Shown: one piece after another, positions 1 to 11,206 of the stretch | Numbering within the stretch: position 1 is the stretch's first letter | How the letters are laid out: every line of letters begins with the position of its first letter | Assembly: GCA_002269645.1 (NCBI GenBank) | Contig: NIVC01004476.1 | Coordinates: 1-44,744 of the forward strand | Source: Macrostomum lignano | Taxonomy: Eukaryota | DNA: 44,744 nt | Direction: 5' to 3' | Notes under the pieces: model-generated | What the model saw: only the letters and a program-made list of their open reading frames with translations | What the model was told of the DNA's origin: nothing | Database searches by the model: none | Made by a program: the position numbers and the translations under genes

Positions 1-44
1 AATCATCTACAGTTACAATAATAAATTAGCAGAAGGGTTTTTGG

Positions 45-990
45 TCACCGTGGAGACATCGCGTCGCACAGCCAGCGCTGAGGCAATTCTGCCCATTCCG
101 CTGCCTCCTGAGCACAGACAAGCGCGTCAATACTGTACTCAGGCACAGCTCGTACACACGCACACACGGGGTGTACAGCAGCGGCCCTTTGACTAATCTT
201 CTCCAAAACAATTAATCCCCTAGCAACACACCCTGGCGATGTGCCTGAGCGAAGCCTTGCACTTGTCCATTTGGCCGTGCACAGGTAGAACCGAGGCGTC
301 TCCGGGACGCAGCCAGTAAGCCCCGCAGCTGCCGATGATGGGCAGGGCAGACAGAATGACGAGGATCCGCCAGGTTTCGTTGCCGACGCCGGCAGCGTTG
401 AGTCCCAGAGCGACGGCGAGCTCCAGCACGGGGCCGACACTCAGACGACAAAGCCGATGTTCAACAGATAGGCCCTGGCGGTTGCCGGGCAGCACTCGAC
501 CATGTACACCAGGCCCTGCGGCGTGGTTGCCATGAAGGCTCCGGCCACAGTGCGCAGGAAGACCAGCCATTGAAGCTGGGCGACAGCGCGGAGATGAGCA
601 TGTAGTAGCCGGTGAAGGCCATGCCGAGGATCATGACGCCCCGCCTGCCATGCTGATCAGCCAGGAAGCCCCACAGCGGGCAGAACAGCAGGAAGCCATG
701 AAAATGGCCAGCGAGAAGATGGCCAGCCTCAGATTGGGCAGTTGCCACTGGCACTGGATGGTGCGGCCCACAATTCCGATCAGAGTGATGCCCATGGACT
801 CTCCTAGTAGAAGCAGGCCGGCAAACACCGTCAGGAGAGCTTGGAAGCGGCCAACACCGAGGGCGTCGATCACTTCGCCAACTTTTATTGTTGGTCCGTC
901 TTTGTCGTCGTCGCCTCCAGCCGAAGCAGCGCTTGAAACCGCCGGCCTGCTGCGACGGACGAGCTCGGTCTTCTCGGTGGCTTCGGACAT
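45..990 (-). pseudogene. SVOP/SV2-like major facilitator superfamily transporter, N-terminal half; broken by about 5 frameshifts (pseudogene or consensus indel errors); lower boundary uncertain
   Basis: Stitching minus-strand ORFs 631-990, 461-754, an unlisted third frame, 220-570 and 45-440 gives MSEATEK...EVIDALGVGRFQALL...IFM[G]FLLFCPLWGFLADQHGRRGVMILG (MFS motif A, G-x3-D-x2-GRR)...LVFLRTVAGAFM...LVYMVECCPATARA...WRILVILSALP...VPETPRFYL (PESPR-like motif). Confidence 0.8.
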
Positions 991-1061
991 TGCCGGAGCC
1001 TCTCTTGTCCCTGTTGCCTCGTTCTTGTTTCCCTATTCAAGTCTTTGCGCTTGTGTCTTTG

Positions 1062-2238
1062 GTTAACTGTCGGAATGTGTCTTTGGTCAGCTATCGGAAT
1101 GCGTCTTTGGTTAACTGTCGGAATGCGTCTTTGGTCAGCTATCGGAATGTGTCTTTGGTTGACTGTCGGAATGTGTCTTTGGTTAACTGTCGGAATGTGT
1201 CTTTGGTTAACTGTCGGAATTCGTCTTTAGTTAACTGTCGGAATGTGTCTTTGGTTAACTGTCGGAATGCGTCTTTGGTTAACTGTCGGAATTCGTCTTT
1301 AGTTAACTGTCGGAATGTGTCTTTGGTTAACTGTCGGAATGCGTCTTTGGTTAACTGTCGGAATGTGTCTTTGGTTAACTGTCGGAATGCGTCTTTGGTT
1401 AACTGTCGGAATGTGTCTTTGGTTAACTGTCGGAATGTTTATTTGGTTAACTGTCGGAATGTGTCTTTGGTTAACTGTCGGAATTTTTATTTGGTTAACT
1501 GTCGGAATGTGTCTTTGGTTAACTGTCGGTTAACTGTCGGAATGTGTCTTTGGTTAACTGTCGGAATGCGTCTTTAGTTAACTGTCGGAATGTGTCTTTG
1601 GTTGACTGTCGAATGCGTCTTTAGTTAACTGTCGGAATGTACTGTCGAATGTGTCTTTGGTTAACTGTCGGAATGTGTCTTTGGTTAACTGTCGGAATGC
1701 GTCTTTAGTTAACTGTCGGAATGTGTCTTTGGTTAACTGTCGGAATGCGTCTTTAGTTAACTGTCGGAATGTGTCTTTGGTTGACTGTCGGAATGCGTCT
1801 TTGGTTAACTGTCGGAATGTGTCTTTGGTTAACTGTCGGAATGCGTCTTTAGTTAACTGTCGGAATGTGTCTTTGGTTGACTGTCGGAATGCGTCTTTGG
1901 TTAACTGTCGGAATGTGTCTTTGGTTAACTGTCGGAATGTTTCTTTGGTTAACTGTCGGAATGTGTCTTTGGTTAACTGTCGGAATGCGTCTTTGGTTAA
2001 CTGTCGGAATGTGTCTTTGGTTAACTGTCGGAATGCGTCTTTAGTTAACTGTCGGAATGTGTCTTTGGTTAACTGTCGGAATGTGTCTTTGGTTAACTGT
2101 CGGAATGTGTCTTTGGTTAACTGTCGGAATGTGTCTTTGGTTAACTGTCGGAATGTGTCTTTAGTTAACTGTCGGAATGCGTCTTTGGTTAACTGTCGGA
2201 ATGCGTCTTTGGTTAACTGTCGGAATGCGTCTTTGGTT
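1062..2238. repeat. Minisatellite, 24-bp unit CTTTGGTTAACTGTCGGAATGTGT, about 49 copies, just upstream of the MFS gene
   Basis: Directly visible; 8-aa periodicity (VSLVNCRN) in spurious ORFs; unit contains palindrome GTTAAC. Confidence 0.97.
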
Positions 2239-2409
2239 AGCCTAGAGGCAAAGCTTAAGCTTAGTGCTTAAGAGGAGCCGGCAGTGGAACTCGGAAACAC
2301 ACCATATTAGCCTGTCTTTCTATTAAATGGAATTGAAAGCGCTGTTAGTAAAAGTGCAGAGCCAATTTTTCTTTCTAGGAGGAGCCAATAGCAACACGAG
2401 GAGTTGGTA

Positions 2410-2503
<94 letters not shown>
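2410..2503. repeat. (CT)n microsatellite
   Basis: About 45 CT dinucleotides. Confidence 0.97.
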
Positions 2504-2506
<3 letters not shown>

Positions 2507-4332
2507 GAAACAATTGGAAGAAGAAGACCTCAGTAAATTTCGTTTGCCTAAACGTTCTGTTACGCATTTGCGTATAGCCTGCCTGGTGTCTGTCTGCCCA
2601 ACTTGAAGGCAGGAAGACTCTCAAACCAGTCACCCACCCTCCTCTAATCCGAGAACGCGTTTATTGAGCCAATTTGGGAGCCTCACCATGCCGAATTTCT
2701 CCTCGCTAGGAGAGGGGGCCACGCAGAGTAGCAACAGGTGCTGAGGTCGGCGGGATCAGGCCATTTCTGAGCACGCGCGGTCCTATGTCGAGGCTGTTTG
2801 TCTGTTTTCAAGTGCAGCCTGGCGTCACACTGTGGCTACACAGCGAGGGAGCCTGTTAGCCTTGCCAACAATTTTTGCAGCCCCACTGAGGCGTTGTTGG
2901 CACAGCCGGCTAAAAGTTACCTTTAGAGAAATCAGAGCGACAATTTCCAGAGCACTGGATTTTGGATTTTAGAAAGCTGATTTCGCGAGTGCACGCAGGT
3001 GGTGCAACAGACAGACAGTTGTTGGGATTCGTATTAGACTCACTGCAAAGCATGAGAACTGCTGGAATGCAATTCTAACTTAGTTCTGATAATCCTATTA
3101 GCCAATGCAGTATTTGCACTGTGCAGTATTTGCACAGTAGGAATTCGCTCTGACTCGGGTTGGGTGGGTGAGGGGTGAATCGAACTAACCAAACGGCGCC
3201 ATCAAAACGTACAGCTGCCAGCCGTGTAAATTCCTCTACCATAAAAACTGCAGTGTTGACGATTATATTTGCTCTTGGAGTTGGCGATGTTGCAGACAGT
3301 TTCTGTTGCTGAGCTGTGCTCAAGTGTTTGTTGAATTAGAAAGTGTACAAGTGTCCGTGCTTGGACAATTAGAAAGTCAAAGGGCCGCTGTACACCCTGT
3401 TTGATCGTGTATGAGTGCGTGCCTGAGTGTACAGTATTGGCGTGCGGTCCGTAGACAGCGGAGTGAGCAGAATTGCATGCAGTCACACAAAATTTAGCCA
3501 CGTTTGATGGCTTTTTAGCCGACGTCCTTGAGGGGCCCGTAAAATTTACAAAAAAATTTTCTGCTTACTCTACTATAAGTAGGAAGCAAATGAATAATTG
3601 AAGTAGATTGAATTTGTTCTGCTAACTGAGTCAGAATCAGGTTCTATTTTGTCTGTTGCAAATGTCACTCGAAGAATCGTATTCCTCCATGTGACCGAGT
3701 TATACACGATCGGTCGCCGTACTTTGGAATTTAGTCCGCTCAATACCACAGAACTTTCCTGCTGAAAATTCGCACAGTCTTCTCATTTTGGAAACTTTCT
3801 CAGTGGTACGAATTAGATTTCTGTGTATTCTGTGTACATACAGTGGTTAAAGAAATGTGATTCAGTCAGTTGCGGGTAAACGTTGAGAAGGAATTTTAGA
3901 AAAGAATCTATTTTTGCGGCGCCCAATCTGAGTTCACGATCAAAAAGTCTTATAGTGGTAGAAATTCTCGTCTGAACTGGCACTGCGGGTGAAACCGAGT
4001 TCCGGAAGCCCCTCTCATCCTCAGGCAAAAGAAACAATGTCAAACAAAACAAAAAGCAATTTTTACATGTTTGCAACATCCGGGTTTGCAACGCTTCAGC
4101 TGCCATTGTTGCAACCCCCCATTGTTCTGTGGCTCGCTCCTCTGCATCCGCAGACTAACTTTAGAACGAAAAAATCGACAGATTCATTCTCGGAATTCAT
4201 CTCCCAGAAATCCATAAATTCGGAAACAAATGCGCACACGGAATAGAGAGGCAAGCAGACCAACAGTCCAAAACTTGTAGGAGACCTTGGGGCCTGCAGC
4301 TCACAATAAACTGTAACTGATCTGATCCTTGA

Positions 4333-5087
4333 ATGCTGCTGCAAGCTGTGCTATCACTACTGCTGCTGTGGGTCCCTGCGGTGCTGTCCGAGTCCTCTCC
4401 GCCAGGCTGAAATTCCACCAAACCACCGGACTGGACTGCGTGAGCTCCGACTTCACCAGCACCGTGTCCGGTCTGTGCACTCCGCTCGAATGCAGCCTCG
4501 CCTGCGCTAGGAAGGACAAGTGTCAGGCCTTCTCAGTGCTGACAGCTGGAGCCTGTCAGTGCAAGCTGTTCCTGTTCGATGCGTGCAGTCACCGTGTGCA
4601 GTCTGTGCCGAGCTGCACTCACCAGGTGACTGTGTATGTGAGGTCTCTGCCCGGCGTACCTCCGGGTCGCCTGTGTCCGTCCGGATACGAGCACACGAGA
4701 TACGGCACCTCGTACAAGGTGGTCACGTCGGAGACTCTCACCTGGAACAACGCCAACCTGACCTGCAGTGCGGATCCCGGACTGACCAAGTTCTCTGATG
4801 CGATCGACCTTGATGAGGCTCTGCACCTGAGGTCACTGAAGCAGCTGATTGACAGCTCCTCCGATTTTTTCCTTGGCGGATCTGGAACTTCGAATGCGCA
4901 CTCTGACTGGTTCTGGGCCGCCTGCAACCTGCCCGTGAACGCCAGCGTATGGCACTCTGGAGAGCCGAACGGTGCTGCGTCATTGGAGTGCACAAATCTT
5001 TGGAGTGGCCATTCAACTGGAGGCGTTGACGATGACTCCTGCATCAGTGCTCGCAGGTACATCTGCGAGTGCCAGTCCGTGTTCTGA
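4333..5087 (+). CDS. Secreted PAN/Apple-like + C-type lectin domain protein, intronless; signal peptide from ATG 4333 is out of frame with the body (frameshift near 4400)
   Basis: Cys-rich N-terminal part (ECSLACARKDKCQAFS, PAN/Apple-like). C-type lectin signatures: CPSGY, LTWNNANLTC, FFLGG, WHSGEPN, DDSC, RYICE. The ATG 4333 frame encodes MLLQAVLSLLLLWVPAVLSESSPPG*. AATAAA at 5313-5318. Confidence 0.8.
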
Positions 5088-6034
5088 AGCAGCGTCTTGA
5101 GTAGCAAAGAATTTACAACAGAAGCGAGCGGTCTCGATGCAGTTCAGTGAAGCGTTTCACGTGGAAATTTTTATGCCCAATTTAACTGCATCACGTCTAG
5201 GAAATTTTCGTCCAGTCTTTAAAACACTCAGAAATAACCATATCTAACTCAAATATTATATTGAGAATTTTCAGATAAATTTGATCTTTAAAAGGCCTGT
5301 CTGGTAAGCTGCAATAAACATGTGAATGTTTTTAATTCATTTATTTATTTGTCGAGAGTTGAACTGGGTTCTTACCGTAGCTGTGAAAGTTAATAATCTA
5401 CACAATAATTGAAACAAACATTCTACTTTTAACAAAATCAAGATCAAATTGAATTCAACGTCTGAGCCAGCTGAGCTGAGCTGGGCACGAGTCACGCAAC
5501 TCAAGCTCTCAAAAGCAACAGGATAGCAACGGCGTATTTATGATGGAAGAGAGACCGCGCATTGCACGCGAAGGTGTATTCAGCACGCCAGTGAAGTATG
5601 AGACAGACCAGGCCTAAGGGCTACGGTCTGCGATGCTTCACGCCTGCCCCTATATTCAGCAGGTCAAGGCTGGAGAGGGAGGTCTGCACCCGCTATTTGC
5701 CACTGGCAGCCGCAGACCCCCCCCCTCACGCTGTTTCACAAGTCGACCCAGGGTACTCGTCCCCGCGTGTGTTCAAGGCAGACCCTAGGGCTGCTGGACA
5801 GACTGGGCTCCGACGCTGGCGACCCATCCAGTGGCTTCGGCCGAATTTGGGTATGCGGGTCTGGCTTGCCAGCCTGCAGGCCGTGGTACTGCTTAACGTA
5901 CCCCCTAATGCCTAAGGTGTTTGACCGTGCCGATGGGCTGGAAGGCCGGGGGTTGTCCGGTCGCTAGCGGTCCTTTTCTTTTTCTTCTTTCCTCTTTCTT
6001 TTGTGACTCAGCTCACTCCTTCCCGCTTTCAGCT

Positions 6035-7499
6035 ATGGCGTCATCCGCCTCTTTAACCCCGCTGAAGCCGGGGCCCCGGCAACTCCGGCCGGTGACTCTG
6101 GCACCAGCGCCGCCCCACCGGGGGCAGATGGGCTTGCCGCCGGCTCGGCTGGTGACATGCCCGCACGCGCAACCGGGCCCTCCGCTGAAGCCCGACGCAC
6201 CCGCAACCAACGCCGCAACGAGCGGCGACGGCGACTACGGGGTACTGCGGGCCGGCCACCGGCGGAAGGGGAACCTAGGGAGGGCGAGGCTGCTGTTGGG
6301 CCGAAAGGAACCACAGCAACCCCTGCCCCCAGGATACAACCCCCGCTGGTGAGCCACCCAGTATACCTGCTACAAGCGCGGCCGGGCCTTCGGGAACCGC
6401 CGCCACCAACTACGCCTCAAAGGTCAAGCTCCAACCGGCGGTCATCGTCTTCGGGGAAGAGCAGGACCTCACGGCCGACGAGCTCGACAGTGCCTGGCGC
6501 ACCATCGATGCTGCGCTCATCGACCAGCTCCTGGCGGGCCGCCCTGTGAGCGTGGTCAAGTCTGCCAAGACCGACGGCTGCATCTTCATCTGGTGCAGCT
6601 CGGAGGAGAGCAGCCGCAATCTACGCGAGCTTCTGCCAAAGCTGAACTGGCCCAAGAAGCTCGGCAAGCTCGTCTTCGCCAGCGAGGGCGAACGACAGAA
6701 GACCCAGCGCTTTCGCGTCTGGATCCCGGCCGGCAGTGCCATTAAGTCCGGAGATCAGCTTAGGCAAATATTGCTAAAGCTGCACCCCGACCTTAAGGTC
6801 AACGGGCTCCTACACCACGCCACTTCCCGCAAGGAGAAGGGGGCTACGGTGATCCTAGGGCTCTCTGATGACTGGGCTAAGCGCTTGCCGCCTAAGTCCA
6901 CAATTCATATTGGTCTGACTCAGCTGACCATCCTCCGTTGCGAGGAGCGGAAAGCTGATGAAGCCAAGAATGCCAAAGCTTCCGAAACCGGAACTGGGGC
7001 CCAGGCTCCTCCGGCAAAGAAGCCGAGGCAAACGGCCGATCCTATGCCCGGTAAGGCAGTTCGCGCTGCTGAAACCGGAAATCGCAATCGCAGACCCGCC
7101 AGGAGCACCCGGAGGTCCGGCCTGATCCAGCGCGCGCTGGACCAGGCCAAGAACCTTCGTGCGCATCGTGAGCGGGCCCGCGCTTCTCGCGCTCCACCCC
7201 AACAGCCAGAAGGCCAGACTCTAAGCGGGGAGGCTCCGACCGACTGGTTCGAGTCTGTGACTCACCAGGAGGCTGGCGCCACCCGCATCGACCTGACCGA
7301 CGAGGCAGAGGGGACGGGCAGTGACAGCACCGAAGCACGCAGGAGAGGCGACGGTAACGTCCACGCTGGGCTCACGTCCGCGGAGGACTCCACAGCCACC
7401 CTAACTGCTGAGGACGCTGAAACTCCCATGGAGGTCTGCGGGTCACCCACCACTGAAAAGGAGGAGGATGACCTGCTCAACGATTCCCCAACTGCGTGA
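6035..7499 (+). CDS. LINE ORF1 (gag-like), apparently split by two 1-nt frameshifts at C-runs (about 6060 and 6330)
   Basis: ATG 6035 (MASSASLT), then the next frame (AEAGAPATP...RRTRNQRRNERRRRLR), then a frame open 6279-7499 (TNYASKVKLQPAVIVFGEEQDLTADELDSAWRTIDAALIDQLLAG, continuing into ORF 6546-7499). No CCHC knuckle seen. Confidence 0.7.
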
Positions 7500-7501
7500 T
7501 A

Positions 7502-10500
7502 ATGATCAGCAACCAGGGAATCCATTGCCTGCAGATTAATCTGCAGCACTGCGTCGCAGCCTCGGTCAACCTTATGCGTTACGCCGAGCTCGACAAGCCG
7601 GGGCTCATCCTCGTCCAGGAACCCTGGACTCTCAGAGGTAAGCCTCAAAACGCCCCTGCTGGCTACAATTGTTTTTATACTTACCCTCGCGAGGCCAACC
7701 AGCCTCCCAGAGCTTGCATCTTTGCGAGCAAAACGCTCAGTGCGTGGCTCAGATCGGACCTGTCCAACAGGGACATCTGCGTCATCCAATCCGAGGACCT
7801 TCTTCCTGGGAAGACCACCCTCATTGCCTCGGTTTACCTACCAGGCGATGCTGCGGTCGTCCCCAGAGCCCTCGCTACGCTGGTAGAGCTCTGCTCTGCC
7901 AAAAACTACGAGCTCATGGTTGCCGGCGACATCAACGCCCACCACACTCACTGGGGCAGCACTGGCATTAATCAGAGAGGCGAAGACCTCCTAGCCTACG
8001 TTGCCTCTACGACCCTCGAGTTCTGCAACTCTGGGTCCACCCCTACCTTTGACAACGGACGGTGGTCGGAGGTGATCGACGCTACGCTCGCAACGCCCAG
8101 ACTCTACCAGAGTATTGGGGCGTGGCGGGTGCTTCCAGTGTCCTCACTATCGGATCACAAGTTCATCTCCTTCAACCTAATGGCCGCGCGTAGCGCAACT
8201 CGTGTTATGTGGAGACGGAACGCCAGAAATACGGATTGGGAAACCTTCGGGCTCGCCCTGAAGGAATTCCATCGGTCTCCTGGCCAACCATCCACGATCA
8301 CGTCGTGCCGAGAGGCGGATGAGTGCGCGACTGTTTTGACAGAGACGCTAACCGCCGCCTTTGAGGCGTCCTGCCCTTTAAAAGCCTATAAAGGGAAAAA
8401 ATCGGCGCCGTGGTGGAATCCCGAGCTCGGCAACCTCCGTCGCAGGGCTAAGAGACTCCACCGCAGAGCAACTAAAACTAAGAGCCCTGCAGACCAAACC
8501 GCCTATCATGAAGCAATTCATGAGTTTAAAAGGCAGGTTAGGAATGCAAAGGCTCAAAAATGGCGACAATACTGTGAGGAGCTAGAGGGCTCACGCCCCA
8601 CCTCCAGAGTTGTGAAAGCGCTCACGCTGGACAAAATGTCTAAGCTCTCCTCGGTCAAACGCACCGACGGTACGTCCACGGACAACCCAGGGGAAACGCT
8701 TGATGTAATGCTCACTGCGTTTTTCCCTAACGAGCCAGCTAACCAGACCACTCCGGATCACTCGGAGGGAGGTCACGCGCTGGCTGCATCTATCATCACG
8801 GAGGACCGCATTGTGAGAGCGGCAAATTCCTTCAAGCCTTTCAAAGCCCCAGGACCCGACGGCATTGTACCGGCCCTTCTAAGAGAGGCGGTTAAATGCC
8901 CAGGCTTCCTGCGCAAACTTTGCAGCCTTCTTCGGGCATGCATCACGCTTGGTTATGTCCCGCAGGCATGGACCGAGGCAAAGGTGATCTTTATCCCTAA
9001 GCCAGGCCGCCCGGACTACCATTCTATCAAATCCTTCAGACCGATCAGCTTGACCTCCTCCCTGGTCAAGCTGATGGAGAGACTGGTGCTTTGGCGCCTT
9101 CTCTCTGTTGAGCTGAAGAACAAACCTCTCAGCGAGAACCAGCACGCTTTTCGGGCGGGTCGCTCCACTGAAAGCGCGCTGCACGTCCTGGTCGATAAAC
9201 TCGAGAAGGCCGTGCTTGGTAGTGGCTTTGCTCTGGGGATCTTCCTGGACATCATTGGCGCCTTCGATAACGTCCTCTTTGAGGCGTTCCGAAGAGCTCT
9301 TTGTGAGAGGCTAACGCACTCACATCTCACCAGATGGATCATGTACATGATCAGCCATCGCACGGCCACCGCCAGTCTGCTGGGCTACCAGAGGACGGTC
9401 CCCGTCTGCAAAGGTAGCCCGCAAGGTGGGGTGCTGTCTCCAGTTCTCTGGAATATGGTCATCGATGAGCTCCTCCGGGATGTTCGGCCTGACCCCATTC
9501 TGAAAGTTGGATATGCGGACGATGTCACCGCGGTGGCATCTGGTCCGTCCCCTGATACCCTCAGGGACCTTCTTCAGAACTTCATCTACGCTGCTGAGCA
9601 ATGGGCGGACCGCTGTGGTTTAAGGCTCTCTGAGACTAAGACCGCAGCGATCATGTTCACCAGCAGGACCAAGTGGCAGATTCGGCCGCTCACGCTTTAC
9701 GGAAGGGAAATCCCCTTCTGCAAGCAGACTAAATGTCTGGGTATTACCCTGGACCACAGGCTGAACTGGTCTCCCCACGTTCAAACAAAAGCCAAAAAGG
9801 CCTTCGCAGTCCTCGCGCAATTGCGCAGGGCCGTCGGCACCACCTGGGGGCTCACCCCCAAGCGCCTCTGGTGGATCTACACTGCAATGGTTAGGCCCGC
9901 TATCTCGTATGGCGGCCTGATCTGGGCTAGCGCCCTGCAGATAAAGACCTGTCTAGAGGCTCTCAGGAGAGCGCAAGGGCGCGCTTGTCGCACGATCATG
10001 AGCGCCCCTCCGTCTGCTCCTTACGATGGCCTCAACGCCTTCCTCAACATTCCTCCGCTGGACATCTTTGTCCGCAGGGAAGCGGCTAAGACTGCCCGCC
10101 GTCTAGCTGACGCTGGCATTCGAATCCAGCCCCATAGGGCCATGGCTAAGCGCAAGCTTCTGCCCCACGCTGACCTCTGCCTCAAGGACTTGAGAGACAG
10201 CGGCGGGCTCCACGTCCTATCTGACGGCGAACCCCGCACTCTCAACCTCTTTCAGCGCTACAAGGTCACCATCCCCTCTAGGGATGCTGCCAATGACCAC
10301 TGGAATTTCCAGGAGGTCCATTGCTACACGGACGGATCCATCAAAGACGGTCGCGCCGGCTTTGGGGTCTGCATCATCATCAACGGCCGCGTAATTGCCA
10401 CGCATGCCCAGCACACTGGTAGACTCTCCACAGTCTTCCAGAACGAAGTCCTTGCCATCAGCTCTTGCGCTGCAGAGCTAAACGCCAAGGTTACGAGAGG

Positions 10501-11206
10501 AAAGACTATTGTCATCCACTCCGACAGCCAAGCGGCCTTACAGGCCCTTTGCCACACCACAACGAACTCCCGGACAGTCGCCGACTGCGCCCGGCAGCTC
10601 AACCTCCTGGCCAGAAGCAATACTGTCAGGCTGAAGTGGATCCCAGGGCACGCAGGGTTTCCGGGGAACGAGCTGGCAGACACCCTCGCCAAGAGGGGCG
10701 GCTCTGGCTCTTTTTTCGGCCCTGCCCCCCTGGTCCCTATGCCCTTGACAGTCATCAATCGTCAGATCGACGACTGGGCTGACTCCCTCCACAGGGACAG
10801 ATGGGCGGGCACCCAAAACTGCCGGCAATCTCGTGCCGCGGTTCCTTGCCCGTCTCACAGGCTCAGAAACATCCTTCTGAACCAGAATCGGAAGGATATT
10901 CGAGCCCTTGTCATGACCCTTACCGGCCATGGCTACCTCGCCAGGCACTGCTTCCTCCGAGGCGACCTCGAGAGCGAAATTTGCCCCTTTTGCGAGTGCG
11001 ACAATGAAGATGCTCAGCACTTTGTCTGTCACTGCCCTTTCTTTAACAGAGACCGGCTACGCTACCTCGGGCCGAACCCGTCCATTGACGAGGTTTGCCA
11101 GCCCGACAGCATCCCACGGCTCATCCAGTTCCTTCGGGCGACTAGACGAGCCAGTTTCTTCCCAACGGAAGATCACGCTGCAGGACGGACCGGCGGACCA
11201 CCCTGA
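7502..11206 (+). CDS. LINE ORF2 polyprotein: AP endonuclease - reverse transcriptase - RNase H - Cys/His finger, uninterrupted
   Basis: APE: QINLQH, VQEPW, GDINAH, SDHKF. RT: KAPGPDG, FRPISL, FLDIIGAFDN, GSPQGGVLSP, YADD, LGITLD. RNase H: YTDGS, NEVLAI, HSDSQAAL, WIPGHAGFPGNELAD. C-terminal CPFC...HFVCHC. Confidence 0.97.
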   Translation: MISNQGIHCLQINLQHCVAASVNLMRYAELDKPGLILVQEPWTLRGKPQNAPAGYNCFYTYPREANQPPRACIFASKTLSAWLRSDLSNRDICVIQSEDLLPGKTTLIASVYLPGDAAVVPRALATLVELCSAKNYELMVAGDINAHHTHWGSTGINQRGEDLLAYVASTTLEFCNSGSTPTFDNGRWSEVIDATLATPRLYQSIGAWRVLPVSSLSDHKFISFNLMAARSATRVMWRRNARNTDWETFGLALKEFHRSPGQPSTITSCREADECATVLTETLTAAFEASCPLKAYKGKKSAPWWNPELGNLRRRAKRLHRRATKTKSPADQTAYHEAIHEFKRQVRNAKAQKWRQYCEELEGSRPTSRVVKALTLDKMSKLSSVKRTDGTSTDNPGETLDVMLTAFFPNEPANQTTPDHSEGGHALAASIITEDRIVRAANSFKPFKAPGPDGIVPALLREAVKCPGFLRKLCSLLRACITLGYVPQAWTEAKVIFIPKPGRPDYHSIKSFRPISLTSSLVKLMERLVLWRLLSVELKNKPLSENQHAFRAGRSTESALHVLVDKLEKAVLGSGFALGIFLDIIGAFDNVLFEAFRRALCERLTHSHLTRWIMYMISHRTATASLLGYQRTVPVCKGSPQGGVLSPVLWNMVIDELLRDVRPDPILKVGYADDVTAVASGPSPDTLRDLLQNFIYAAEQWADRCGLRLSETKTAAIMFTSRTKWQIRPLTLYGREIPFCKQTKCLGITLDHRLNWSPHVQTKAKKAFAVLAQLRRAVGTTWGLTPKRLWWIYTAMVRPAISYGGLIWASALQIKTCLEALRRAQGRACRTIMSAPPSAPYDGLNAFLNIPPLDIFVRREAAKTARRLADAGIRIQPHRAMAKRKLLPHADLCLKDLRDSGGLHVLSDGEPRTLNLFQRYKVTIPSRDAANDHWNFQEVHCYTDGSIKDGRAGFGVCIIINGRVIATHAQHTGRLSTVFQNEVLAISSCAAELNAKVTRGKTIVIHSDSQAALQALCHTTTNSRTVADCARQLNLLARSNTVRLKWIPGHAGFPGNELADTLAKRGGSGSFFGPAPLVPMPLTVINRQIDDWADSLHRDRWAGTQNCRQSRAAVPCPSHRLRNILLNQNRKDIRALVMTLTGHGYLARHCFLRGDLESEICPFCECDNEDAQHFVCHCPFFNRDRLRYLGPNPSIDEVCQPDSIPRLIQFLRATRRASFFPTEDHAAGRTGGPP

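Noticed and set aside
888-2271. VSLVNCRN-repeat proteins, and the REGSSLS ORF at 31921-32601
   Set aside because: In-frame minisatellite translations.
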